Assembly (NCBI GenBank): GCA_043228905.1
Contig: JBHGNT010000027.1
Location: 186,001-250,000 of the forward strand
Reading direction: 5' to 3'
From: Azolla caroliniana
Lineage: Eukaryota > Plantae > Polypodiophyta
DNA: 64,000 nt
Shown here: piece by piece, positions 9,536-21,689 of the stretch
How positions within the stretch are numbered: the stretch's first letter is position 1
Layout: each line of letters begins with the position of its first letter
Notes under the pieces: model-generated
The model's input: the letters and a program-made list of their open reading frames with translations, nothing else
Database searches by the model: none
What the model was told of the DNA's origin: nothing
Made by a program: the position numbers and the translations under genes

Positions 9536-10410
9536 TCTTTAGTCAATCCCTGCCATACGAGGGAGGCAGGTTGATGATCTCTTAGTAAGTTATTAGCCAA
9601 AGCTAATAACCGTAAGCGGAACGGCCACTGACAAGGCGGATCATCCTACATTCCGGATACTTTCCCGGCCGGTGCAACGGCCGAAGATGCGGAAGATAAG
9701 GGCCGGGATCCTGATAGGCCAAAGCTGCTTGCTTTTCGGAAATACTTCTTATTGTAGTTACAGTTTTGTCTGGCGGCAAGGGTCAATAGCGAAAGAGCGC
9801 TTGAAGTGCCATGGCTTTCCCTTGGCTGTTGGTGAGAATACTCCCGCCCGTCATTCGCCGCTGTCGGTCGTTGCGACGACTACGGAAAAAGAAAAGTCCA
9901 ATAATTGATCAAAAGGCTACTAATACGAATTGAAATAGCCTCAAAATGATGCCATCGTTTCCGCTAGAGAAATCAACGATATGACCTACAGAAGTTTACC
10001 CCCAATCGACCTGCGGCCTGGATGTCGTAAGATATTGGCTAGCAGTGGTTTGGTTTGCAGCATCATTTATGCATTCATTGTGGCTGAAGAAGCGGTCTAC
10101 TATAAGATCCAGCAGTGAGTTGGGCTAAGCCGTGATCCCCTTTTTGCAAAATAAAATATACCCCCTTTCCCCCCAATAATTGAGATAGTCGTCGTTTTTG
10201 CTTCCAACACTATGGATGGTTAGAATGTATACAGCCTGTAGCTGTTGTACTGCTCGTAGCCCTCGTTACGTTATTTTGTGCCGCTTCATCGTTGAGTCTT
10301 CTTGCCCAACCTTTTCGTTAGTAGTGTTTGCAGTAATGGGTGTAATCTCCCGCCAGGTCTCCGGTTTCACTTCCGCTGCTGTAATGACATGTGCCCATTC
10401 TTCCGCCCGC

Positions 10411-10451
<41 letters not shown>

Positions 10452-11172
10452 AAGGGGAACTCCAAAGAGGCAAAGAATTAGCAATGCCCACAGCCTCGGT
10501 AGCGTAGCAGGATCTTCCAGTGAGTGTTGAATAAGCAAAATATACGAGGCCATTGGACCTCATCAAACTCTTTTGCGACACCTTTTCGTTCGACTAAACA
10601 AATCAGCGAGACCGTGCTGCTGCTGCGTGGGACCTCAAACAGTTGCCTGATACTTCAGGCGTGTAAATAAGAAAATCCAAATAACAATTGTTACGTTTAT
10701 AGCCTATAACTGGCTTGATCCGGCTTTCTTTCTTGGGCGAGGCCCGAAAGAAAAGAAAAGAAAAGAAAAGAAGCCGTTTAAAGTCTGACAGACTGTAAAA
10801 GAGTAAGTATTAGCCATGGTGATTCTATTTTGTTCTTCTTAATATATTAAAAGTTATTACTTCGGAAACGGTAGAGCCTCTAGCAAGCCGGTGGTGCAAG
10901 CGAATAAGGTGAATGGGACCCTACTTTTCTATCGGGAGTATTTCGTTTTATGAAAAAACCTCATAAAGCCCGTATATGCCCGGGTTCATATATCAAAATA
11001 AACCCTAATCTTGGCTCGGAAAGTCGAAGCGGGAAGTGGCCGAATGAAAAAAGCGTTTGATTTCAGTAAATCCGCTTTCAAAAGAGAGATTCGAATCGTA
11101 TCTCCTCCCTTAATGCCAAAGTATACTTCGTATTCAAGAAGGAAAAACGAAGTGCAATGAGTTTAATGGTGC

Positions 11173-11475
11173 TCGACCTTTCATGCGATTAGGAAATTCC
11201 ACGGCAATGGTCCCGCGAATTCGAGAAGTTACCACCGGAATGGCCAGCCCAATTGCGAATTCCGCAACTGCCACCGTTAACACTAGTAAAGTGAGTGATT
11301 AACCCATCATATCATCCGAATAGACAGAAAATACCGGAGAGTTCAAATTGACAGCCAATAACATTAACTCAATTAGCGTCGGCATAATAGTAATATTCCT
11401 TCTATTTGAGAGAATTCCCTGAATACCTGAAAGAGAGGAAATCATGGAAAATGTCAAATATTTGACCAGATCCGT
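11173..11475 (-). CDS. nad4L: NADH dehydrogenase subunit 4L (ACG start; CGA->UGA stop)
   Basis: (M)[10 protein letters not shown]...NRRNI...DDMMG(Q)...[10 protein letters not shown]; 303 nt. Confidence 0.94.
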
Positions 11476-11695
11476 AAGAAAAAGTCTTTCTTCGTTTCAT
11501 AAAAATCGTAGTGAGATTGGTTCTTTATAATCATGGCTGTTTAAAAAGAAGTGAAAAGGGGCAAGTAATCCCATATACCAATATAGCGAAAAGTGACCGA
11601 AGCATGATGCAGGTTCGGTTGAAAGGAAGAACCCGCTAGCCCGCCCTGAACAAGGGCAAAGCATTCCGTAGGTATATAATCTAATGTGCACTTTC

Positions 11696-11769
11696 CGCAT
11701 CCTACAGGACTTGAACCTGTGACCTTCAACTTAGAAGGTTGTTGCTCTATCCGACTGAGCTAAGGATGC
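11696..11769 (-). tRNA. trnR: tRNA-Arg(UCU)
   Basis: GCATCCTTAGCTCAGTCGGATAGAGCAACAACCTTCTAAGTTG...GGATGCG. Confidence 0.94.
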
Positions 11770-12429
11770 TGTGCATTACAAACACTTCTAGGCTTTTCAG
11801 TTAAGTCAGGTAAAACTTGCTTGCCTTTTCGCCGAAAAAGCAATAGAAAAAAGTTATGAATACAAGAAAGAAGAAACTAATGATAGTGGCATAATCAACA
11901 AAAAGAGAAAACCACCCTTTACTTCGGAACGACTGCCAAGGTATGCATTATGATTAAATCTCTCGAGAAACCACCAACAGGGCATCCGCATAACACATGC
12001 TAGATTGGGTTGCCTAGAAAATGAATCTCGTATACAGTGCTGTGATTACTTTATATTGATAAAAAGTCTAGAGAACAATCTGAAATGGGAATACATAAAT
12101 AATTGCCGGTCATAGAAACGGAAACACATAAATTGTGCGAAAAGTCGCTTCGGTTGAAATTCCACCACCCACTCGGAGTTTAATTGAAAATTCCATTTCA
12201 TTATTAAACTGGTTTAGAGTTGATTGTCAAACTCTAGTCAGGAAGTCAGGTCAGAAGAAAAATACAGCGGAATTACACCGCTTATAGTTTGCACAAGCAA
12301 ATCCGGACATAGTGAGATCAAATCGAAAGCATAACGGCCGGCCCGGCCCGGCCCGGCCCGGCGGAGAAGCACCATGCGCTGCTTCCGCGGACAAAAAGGC
12401 GGAAGAAGCCGGCCGAAGAAAAGAAAAGA

Positions 12430-12500
12430 AGCGGTTTTCATCATCATGAAGGCCTTCATGCATGCATGAAGAACCTGTTTGATGAACCGGTTGGTTCATC
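12430..12500 (+). repeat. Dispersed palindromic element
   Basis: GCGGTTTTCATCATCATGAAGGCCTTCATGCATGCATGAAGAACCTGTTT shared with ~54219. Confidence 0.85.
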
Positions 12501-13011
12501 GGCACATAGCGCTTCCCCCGCTCGGCTTCCGGGGGGAGAGAGGATGATAGCTACCCTTTCCACCATGCTGTATTGTTATGCATGCAACAGGACAGGATCG
12601 CATTATCTGTTTGGCTGTGCAGAATTCTGCTGCTGTTGAAATGAGCTCTTATTTGGTTTATGCTAACAAGCTGCTGCTTTGAGCAGGCAACACTTTGGAT
12701 CGTATGGAATAGTGGCCACATATACAAACATAATGCAATGTGCCTAGCTTTCGGGATCACAGCACCTATATATACAGTTGATTAAAAGGAAGGGGAAAAA
12801 CCAACCACGGGCCGAAGGCCCACTTAACCACGCCAGCCCACTGTTCACTCATGGGTAACATCAGCTATATGGTATATTCTATGCGCGAAGCGATCAATCA
12901 TCGTATATATGATTGATAACGTTGACACTGGGTACACCCCATGCCTGCCATGGTACCACCTTTCTTTGATGTCACGGATGCTTTGAGTGAAGGGAAGAAA
13001 CCAAAGAATCC

Positions 13012-13473
13012 ATGAGAGGTTACTGGAGAGAAAAAGCACTGAGAAAGTTGACCAGTAGTAACAAGAGGTCCGCCGGGAGGAATCCATCAGGGCGTATCAC
13101 GGTTTTTTACTGAGGAGGTGGATCGAAGTGATTGTAGTGAAGAATTGATTGGAAATGAAGCGCTTCGTCTTTGGGCATTGTGGAAAGGATCGAATATGAC
13201 CCAAATTGTTCCTTCCGGATTGCTTCAGTATGATGGATTGAAGGAGTGCCACGTTCTGAAAAGTGCAAAGCGCTTTCTAAAGTGAGGGCGCCGCGAAGAT
13301 GGAGAACGCATAGCGTTCTCTGGGCGCGGAGAATCAAACGTAAAGCGCTGGAGAGTTTTCGGTAAAACGAAGAAGAAAAGAGAATTCTCGAACCTAAGCA
13401 TAGCTTTGAGGGACGGCTGGAGGCAGATGAAAGGCCGAGAGATAAGGCGTGCAAAGTAGATCGTACACCTTTC
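13012..13473 (+). CDS. rpl2: Ribosomal protein L2, exon 1
   Basis: SAGRNPSGRITVF(H)(R)GGGSK..GIVERIEYDPN; ends KVDRTPF before GTGCG. Confidence 0.92.
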
Positions 13474-13745
13474 GTGCGACCCGTTGGTCCTAAGCAATGT
13501 CTTTCGCGAAGCGACCCATGTTGCTCTCACAGGCAACGAGAACTTTGATCAGATGCGGGTATCCAGTCCCGCCAGTGGCTGAGATGCACGGCTGACTTCC
13601 AGGCCTTGATAAAAGAATGGCCACCTTCGAAGTTGCAAGAGCGAAAGGCCCGAGCCGTAGCAGGATGAACCAATGTGAATGAGTGTAAGCTTCGTGGCCC
13701 GAAAATCGACGGTGCTGACCACACCGAGGGCCTGTTATCGTGGTG

Positions 13746-13782
<37 letters not shown>

Positions 13783-14248
13783 AGAGGCCAAGGCGGCGAC
13801 GATCGAGAGGTTGTCACTGAGCAGCGTTCCCAGTCATACGAGAAAAGGGGTCAATTGGCAAGGCCATACGCTCGTGGAGCTTCCCGCGGAGTATAGCTCA
13901 CATCCAAACATCTGATTGAGGAACGGGGCAACGCCCATGAAGCTCCGGAAACGGAAGGCCCGCCAGGCTGTATGCCCGTGAGTGCAGCAGGATTCTTCAA
14001 AAAGAATAGGCTGACTCGAAGACTTAAGACCTTAGCCACGAATGGCTGGAGATGTGGGCAGAACGGGCGGGAATTCTAGCGTATTATTCCCGGAAGAACC
14101 CAAGGCCTCGACTGAATGCTTAGGCTCTCTGATCAGGGATTGCAGAGCCAGTGAGGATTTAAGTTCTTAGGAAGAGCCGTGTGAGGCCTATAGCTCATGC
14201 ACGGTTCGGGAGCCAAGCCCCAGCAGTAATGGTGCGGCTTAGGCTAAC
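13474..14248 (+). other. Group II intron in rpl2 (rpl2i846g2-type)
   Basis: GTGCG start, domain V GAGCCGTGTGAG..CACGGTTC, AC end. Confidence 0.9.
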
Positions 14249-14899
14249 ACCCATATATTAGCTAGTTATTAATTGGAAGCAGGCAGGATGGCGATGAATT
14301 ATGATTGGTCTAAACCTTCAGCCTCGTTCAACACAGTGAATGAAGGCTGAAAGTGGTTAGAAGAGAAGGTCCCGTGGGGAAGCCGTTAGAGTGGTTCCTG
14401 GCTACGCCCTGGAGGAGACTACGCCGACCCTTATAGCGATAAAAAATATGTACTTGATCCGTATTTTTAAATGGTGGGAAATCGCATACCATCAGCCCAT
14501 ATAGCTAGGGGCGCATGGGTACATAATACCGAATGGAAGCCAGGTTAAGGCGCAGGGTCAGCTTGAGCTGCAGGGGTCAAGGCTAAAACAATTGAGAAAG
14601 AGAATACATAATGTATTGCGCGGTCACTCTTAGGTGTTCACAAACCTATAGATTTCTGATGCTGAGCTACTATCGGTATAGTGTCTAATCTCGACCATGG
14701 CATACGTAAGCTTGGCAAAGCAGGGCAAAGCCGGTGGTTAGGCAGACGCCCCATTGTTTGAGGTGTTGTTATGAATCTGGTTGATTATTCTTACGGAGGA
14801 GGCGAAGGACGCACGAAAGGAGGTAGACTTTTGGTGTTACTTTGGGGAAAGCCCACCAAATGTGGATTTTGAGCAATAGTGAGGAAACGCAGAAATTAG
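14249..14899 (+). CDS. rpl2: Ribosomal protein L2, exon 2
   Basis: THILAS..LEAG...(R)[27 protein letters not shown]; TAG stop. Confidence 0.92.
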
Positions 14900-14902
14900 T
14901 TT

Positions 14903-15163
14903 ATGGCATGATCTGTATGGAAAGGCCCTTTTGTTGATGCTTGCTTGTCGAGAAGGACGAAAAAGATCAGAGGGAGAATTTGGTCATGTAGACTTTTCAT
15001 TTCGCCTAAATTTGATGGTTGCTATGCATAAATTCATAATGGGCGATCTTTTATTCGTTTGAAGGTTACAAAAGAAAAGGTTGGTCATAAATTTGGAGAG
15101 TTTGCTTCTATATGAAAGGCCTCGAGAACAACTAAGATCAAGCCGAGATAGAAGGTACGGTAA
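14903..15163 (+). CDS. rps19: Ribosomal protein S19
   Basis: MA(R)SVWKGPFVD...KVGHKFGEFA. Confidence 0.92.
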
Positions 15164-15169
15164 TAGGAT

Positions 15170-15243
15170 ACGGCATGAAAGGTAAATCTGATTTCAGTCA
15201 GACTTAATCCGAACTACCATTCAGATTCAAGTCGGTTTAGTGA
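15170..15243 (+). CDS. rps3: Ribosomal protein S3, exon 1 (74 nt, ACG start)
   Basis: (M)A(R)KVNLISVRL..SDSSRFS. Confidence 0.9.
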
Positions 15244-16375
15244 GGGCGACCGCGAAGTCACTGAATGAATTGCCTGCCGCATGTCGGTCAGGGCATTGCA
15301 GATGTCCGCAACAAGACGGACACAACTTATTCTAACGCTAGGGGACCACAGCCTCAGGGAACGAAGGGAGGAGACCAGAGCATGTCGTGACAGGAGCTGA
15401 GCCTAACCAATCCTTGGGCGTACTTTGACCGTGTCTCTAAAGCACAGTTGAATGTAGATACCATGAACGCGAGGTGCGGCGGAAGGGATACCAAGCCTAG
15501 CTTTTCAGGGGGAAAGGCAACACCACGCCTTCTCTGTACATGCGCTGATCGCTGGCGCATGTACCCGGACAAAGAGGGCCCGAGCCCTTCGGGAAGCCCT
15601 GCGGCTTGGGCCTAAAGCGCACTGTGCTTCAACAAGTGAGAGTATTCGGTGGAACCGGTGAACCACGCATCTAACCTGCGGGCGGACGCGTGGGGCAGAA
15701 GGCTCATAGTACCCGCCAAAAAACGCGCCTAAGAAAAGAAAAGAAAAGAAAAGAAGCGGATGATAAGGAAGCGCAGCTATGCAGTGGAAGGGGAGGAGCC
15801 TAAATCAACGCGCCCACAAGCAAGAAAGAACGGGTTCAGCATTGCACACTCAAGCAGTACAGAGATATCGGGTCAACTCTTAGATGAGACTGAACAGCTA
15901 CGAACCGTTTTAACACCGATCGACCTTGTGCCGCCGCGCCGGCCGGGAAGCCCGCCCGCCCTTCGGCCAGAGATTAAGTCATCATTGAAACAAGGGAAAA
16001 CGACCGACGACGTGGAAGACTTCAAGTGGATAGCCCAAGCTGCCTGATCGAAGCTGTCGCGGTCATTAGCAGGCACCTGGAATCACTTCAAACTCTAGGA
16101 GATTCAGTGAGCCAAGGCCGAAGGCTTTGACTGAAGACGCGTTTTTTTCTTTTCAAGCTTCCGACCCACGTTTGACTGGGAGAGCGCACGTGGGCATTTT
16201 AGATAAAAAGCTGCTTGCTGTTTTCGAAAGGCATTCCGGCCGGCGCGGCGGTTCATGCGGCCGGCAGAGTGTCGGAACCTAACGGCCGAAGAAGCGGTTT
16301 TCATCATGCGGAAGAAGCGGTTCGAGCAGCATCGCTGCTTGATCGGCGGAGAGAAGCAAGTGCACAGCGTGGGGA

Positions 16376-16409
<34 letters not shown>

Positions 16410-16631
16410 AGAGGATCAAGCGCTTCTTGCTTGAAAGACTTGGGATCCACCACGCAACGCACGATATAGGCAACTTGGGTTGAAGAGCTGTGTGATGGGC
16501 AACCATCTTGCACGGTTCGAAGAGCACTTGATTTAGTCCGCGCTGGCTGGTGAATGGAAGCCAGCCCTTCACACGGCTGGCTTCTTTCGGCTGCTTTTCC
16601 CACAGCCAGACAGAGTAACTCTTGACTCCAT
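15244..16631 (+). other. Group II intron rps3i74g2
   Basis: GGGCG start, domain V GAGCTGTGTGATGG..CACGGTTC, AT end. Confidence 0.87.
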
Positions 16632-17034
16632 TTACTGTTATGGAAAATTGTTGTATTAGGATGTAGATTTTAGATATTTTTTCCGTTCAATTTTTCCCAG
16701 GATTTTGTCCGAGGAAAAGAAAAAGAAAACTAAAGGAGGGAAAGATAAAATTGGGGGAAGAAAGAGGAAAACTAGAGGAAGAAATCGCAAAGTTGACCTT
16801 CGCCTTGGTAGGTGTATCATTCATCATTTCCCTAAAAGGACATTCATTCATGTATTCTTCTTTCTAGTTCAATGATGCTTACTATTATTTTTTGGTTGAT
16901 GATATTGTTGATGACGCTAATCGAGAGGGCGGCCGGTCTAGTTCCTGCATGAAAAATTGCGTGCGCTCAATTATGTACTGTACAAAGGCGTTGCACTTAC
17001 TCTTGCTCGGTAACGAACGCGAGGACCAAAGCAT
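16632..17034 (+). CDS. rps3: rps3 exon 2
   Basis: YCYGKLLY(Q)DV...RLGRCIIHHFPKRTFIH; 3' boundary inferred from phase. Confidence 0.8.
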
Positions 17035-17852
17035 GTGCGGCAAGGAGGTTAAAGTTCGAAGAACTTGTTTGTTGGCGGAACGAACGAAGGCCCGCCCGTA
17101 TTTTGAACCAAAAAGTCTACGGGTAACTCAACAGCATAGAGCGAGCCTGCTTTCGGTATTAAGATGAGGGCAAAGCTTGGCGAATCGAAGTTCGGGGCTG
17201 GCTACCCGGCGACAGCTAACCATTGGCACTTAATTTCGGCGAATGGGGAGCGCGAACGCACGCTGCCTCGCTCTATGCCTACTGAGGGTTTTGATTAATT
17301 GGGCCGAATGATCTTCCCTCGACCCACCCATTGCACAGAAGGGAAAGGAAAGGATAGAGCAGGTTACCCATGTTACTGGGGACAAAACACTAAATGACAT
17401 CCCAACACAGGGCGTTCGATCAACAATTGGACAAGCCATGTAGGAAACAACGGCGAGATCTTATGGGAGGAAAGCCCCGGAAAGAAGTCAGAGGGCCCAT
17501 ACCACCTGCCTACCCTCCTAAGGCGGAACCGGCACTTGGTGAATGCCAAGTAGAAAACGGGAAGGAGCCTATGCACTTGTCACGCTCTGAGAGCCGAAGG
17601 GGAAAGGGGTAATTTCCGGGGTTCCCACTCGGCCTTTCACCCGTCAAGTTAGAGAGCCGTGTGATGGGTGACTATCCAGCCCGGTTCGGAGAGCACTTGT
17701 GTAGCCTGCACTAGTTACGAGAGGGGGATGGGACATAGGAAATGCCCATCTGCCTTTCCTGTGCTTTGCCCTCGTCAAGCCGATGAAGCGGTTCATTCAT
17801 GCGGAGCCCGCATGAACCCTCTTACTAGGCGCAAGTGGACTCTCGACTCTAT
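17035..17852 (+). other. Second rps3 group II intron (rps3i249g2-like)
   Basis: Phase-0 GTGCGG start; domain V GAGCCGTGTGATGGG..CGGTTC; CTCTAT end. Confidence 0.75.
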
Positions 17853-18848
17853 CTCACGGACCGCAGGGCGATATGAAAAAGGAGAGAAGAGGGAGGATTA
17901 CTAGGGGAAAACCGCGGCGAGAAGGCCTCCGAAAACTCTCGCCGCCCCTTGGCAACCGCACCTATTATGCCTCTGGTCGTGCAACACTTTCTTCGTATGA
18001 AGAACTAAATTCATTCTGACCCCACTACGGTTAACATAACTGATGACAATCTTTTGCTTCTCTCTCCCTCTCTGTTATCCTTTTCCTATAGTAGGGATGC
18101 CGCCCGACGCTCTGAGAAAATGAGGAATGCTCGGGGTAGGTTTGCAGAGAGGAAACTGTGTCTGTATATAGGGAATGCCTTACGTGAGAAAGCAAGAAAT
18201 CTGTGCTGTCGGTACCACTATAATAAGGATGCCTGACGTGAATGTACGAAACCCAGAGAGAAGGATCCGTGCAATAGTCACTCTTCTTCAGGAGGAGATG
18301 CCCGCTGACGCTCGCACATAGTGAACGCCTGATTCAGAGGAACTAAGAAAGTATGCAGTCATCGTTGCCGGAAGAAGATTAAACCTTGGTGGCCTGAAAT
18401 GTAACTTTTTTCATCTAGTGAAACAAGCACTAATATCCCGATTAAGCCAGTAAGAGCTGATTTTTTCCATTAAAGTGCTTTTCCAATAGCTTAGGAGATA
18501 CCTTGGGGACCAGAAAAAAAGAAATCATTTGTATAAATTTGTACATCCATATTCTAATAGATTGAAAACTGCGAATGTGTGAAGGGAATCTGTATTTGTC
18601 GTCCAGGTTGATCGAATGGTGCAGAAATAGCTCAAACTGAATGTATGAAATATGGTTCAATATCCTTACATGTATCTTCTGATTATATTGATTACGCAAG
18701 AGCAGAAATATTCACTCGTTATGGGATCCCGGGCGTCAAGGTGTGGATTCTGTATTCCAAACATGTTTCAAAGAACAAGAAGGGACTCAATTCGGATGCT
18801 ATATCTAAAACGTACAAAGTTTTGGAAATGTTAAAAGGGCAAATGTAA
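17853..18848 (+). CDS. rps3: rps3 exon 3
   Basis: LVVQHF..KN(Q)IH(F)DP...[28 protein letters not shown]. Confidence 0.88.
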
Positions 18849-19203
18849 AGGTTGCAGAACGGACGGTACATGACTTAGTTTCGGAAAATATGGCATTAAA
18901 AGCTGTTCAGCGGGTCGTATTCTATATTAAACCATTGAAGCAGCGCGTCGCGCTACAAGCAGACATTTCTAGAGAAATGGTCGAATATGGGTAAGAATCT
19001 TCGCAGATATTCCCATTACCCGTAAGCCCACAGAAGTGAGAATGGGAAAGGGAAAGGGAAACCCTTCAGGTTGGATGGCTCGTGTGGTGACGGGATAGAT
19101 CTTATCCGAAACGGATGGTGTGAGTTTGTTAAATGTTTGAGAAGCTGCAACATTAGCAGCGCATAGACCACGTGTGTCAACCAAGTTTGTTCAATGGTCG
19201 TAA
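18796..19203 (+). CDS. rpl16: Ribosomal protein L16 (overlaps the rps3 3' end)
   Basis: MLYLKRTKF...[29 protein letters not shown]. Confidence 0.94.
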
Positions 19204-19499
19204 TTACAGTGTAAGGAGAAGAACTGCCCGCAGGAACGCTTCGCTTCGCGAAGGAAGTGGGCGCCCAGGCAGGAAAGCCTATTCCTCAAATAGTTCCCCT
19301 CATTAAGAATAAAACCATTGCCAATTGATCCAGAATTGATTCGACAGAATGAGATGTATGTTTGGCTTAAGGTATTGGTTTGCGAGTGAAATAGTTGAGA
19401 CGAGCGAAGCGAGCCTGCCTTATTAGGTGCTTCAGTTCCGTCTCCTCTTGGTGGGCAGGGAATCCCATTGACTAGAGCCTACCATGAGTCTTTCACGCG

Positions 19500-19530
<31 letters not shown>

Positions 19531-19552
19531 TAGTGCGGTCCCAACCTCTCTT

Positions 19553-20540
19553 TCACTCTCTCATTACAAAAAGTAGTACAGTCCCGACCTTTCTTTCAGT
19601 AAAACAAATTTGCCAACTGCCTGCCGTAGTAAAATCAGTAAATATACTGCCATAATGCTGCTGATAAGCGTAAAACTTGCATCCATGAAGGTTCAGCCTC
19701 ATAGCATTATCTATTCTATAAAGCAATGCTTTAAAGCCGCCTTCTAATCCGCCGGCCGGCCCGGCCGGTTCATCCGGATGATGAAAACCGCTTCTTTTCT
19801 TTTCTTTTCTTCGGCCGGCTTCTTCCGCCTTTTTACAGGTGCCGGCGGGCTTCTTTTGATAACTCCTTATCAATCCTTTGACTTAAAGGCTTCTCATCAT
19901 CATCAACCTTAGATACTGATTCGTCCAGAAAAGCACCCGCATCCAGCAGTTTACCCCACACATCTTTACCCCCATTCTCGCAATCGTCTTCATAATCTTC
20001 ATCACTGACAATGCTGCCTGCTGCTTTCATCATCAGACTTCGAACAATCCTCTTTGCTGCTTTTCAAATGTGCATCCTGTATCGGGTCGATCTCCTCCTT
20101 AGTCTCACCATCTTTTTTTTGTTGTGTTTCATCAACCATCGCAGCGTCCAACCGATACTCTTTGCTTTTCTTTTTATCCGCTGTAGTGTTCCCGGTGCGT
20201 GCGCTCTCGGGCTGGCTCTTCGCGGCATGCATTTAGACTCATCATCATCTTCGTTATTGTTTTTGCCAGCTTCCTGTACAGTCTCTGATTGCTTGCGGGA
20301 CGCTGGGTTGTTCTGTGCTCATTTCTCGCTTCTGTTTTGGTGAATCTGATTGCGGGACGCGCTTTTTGTTGTTTTTCGTGCGTGTTCCATCATTTTGTTG
20401 TGTTTGGTTTCGTGTTTTTTTAGGCGGACGAGGGGGAAGAACCGCTCCGATAGAGAATAAGGCAAGGGTTGCTCGCCTAAAGCTTGGTTGCTCTAATTTT
20501 TCAACTGGATGCCAACCATAATATTTATTCTCAATAAGAT
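19553..20540 (-). pseudogene. Decayed foreign gene, acidic/Lys-rich low-complexity protein
   Basis: Consecutive frameshifted ORFs 20002-20232, 19833-20033, 19553-19873 interrupted by repeats. Confidence 0.4.
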
Positions 20541-21575
20541 GGCATGAATGCCTGTAGTGCTTTTCACTAGTTCATTACTTTAAACTAGTACTTATTTGTT
20601 AGCCGGGGTGCATGCGGGAAGTGTTTCGTCTATTTACGGCGGGCCGGGCCGGGCCGGGCCGGGCCGGGCGGGTTCTTACTGCTTAATAAACGGTAACGAT
20701 AATACACATCAACGGAATCAGTTAAGTAACCACCGCCGCTGTAACTAAGGTCTTACCATTCTTGGTCTCTTTTTCCGTCTCTACATGCCAAGGCACAGGC
20801 TTAACAACCATAGGCAGATTCAACTTAACAGGTATCAAGTTGAGATCATATCAAATGTTGGTAAGGTTGTATTTAATCGTGTTCTGTATCTAGAAACTTC
20901 TTCTAGTTCTGGTTTCGCAATTAATTTGGATCAGATTTTTCCGACCGACGTTTAGTCCCGGTCTAGCGAGTGTCTAAGGACCCACCCGTTTTCGAGCCGT
21001 TAGACCATCAGGCAACAGCCGGTCATGATTGGATGGTCGGATAAGTTGCTTCGGTCGCCGAGTCTCAATTCCCCACACTTAGGACATTAACGGCTATCGG
21101 ATTGGATGGGTATGCTTCGGAGGAAATTTCCCCGGATTCTCGAATCCATTGCACAACTATTCATGAAGAGACCCGTGTATTCAATTCAGGGTTTGATTCA
21201 CCTTTAGGTAGGTCCTGATGCAGTAACCATAAGAATATGGTTCCTGAGAAGGTTGAAAGAGGGTTCATGCGCCCGCCTTTTAGTAATAGGATTCTACCCC
21301 AGCCAGCAGTTGGGAAGGGAAGGTATCTCTCAACCGCCTAAGCCGCTTAAGTGTACGATTCTCTGTGCCTTTAGAGCACATCGCACGCAGGGGATTTACA
21401 GAAGCCAACGCCACTAATATGAGTTTTTTTTCATTCAAAAAGGGACTTACTTCAAGCGCCATATCCGAAACATACGAAACTTTGGAGATATGAGAAAGGC
21501 AGATGGAAGGGTCATAAAAAAAGGTTAAGTTATGTGTCGAGGTTTAGTCATACGTCATTAGAGAAGGTTATATGG

Positions 21576-21689
21576 GTGTCTAATAAGAATATATGAGATT
21601 AGAAACCGTGAAAGCCTGCGGCTAAATATGAATTAAAATGAATGCCCTATAAAGCCATTCGTTAAGATAGAAATCTTTCTGGTCGGGTA
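21576..21689 (+). CDS. rps14: Ribosomal protein S14, exon 1 (114 nt, GTG start)
   Basis: SNKNI(R)D(Q)K...AAKYELK(R)..YKA. Confidence 0.85.

Larger units (their letters stand above)
1..11877 (+). repeat. Large direct repeat A, copy 1 (runs off window start)
   Basis: Near-identical to 23827-35679 (offsets +23826, +23800, +23802); diverges after ...AAGAAAC. Confidence 0.97.

Noticed and set aside
10198-10581. ORFs with LACLLACL/ASKQ repeats; weak copia-gag-like WAHVITAAEVKPE
   Set aside because: Microsatellite-generated; the gag similarity is too weak to call.
10810-11165. Possible sdh4 remnant downstream of nad4L
   Set aside because: Only an LWH-like triplet and synteny; no convincing alignment.
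11880-12200. Possible sdh3 or atp8 pseudogene on the minus strand
   Set aside because: Only scattered short similarities; cannot be supported by eye.
16961-16966. Alternative GTGCG intron start in rps3
   Set aside because: Phase 1, incompatible with the phase-0 3' splice site at 17852.
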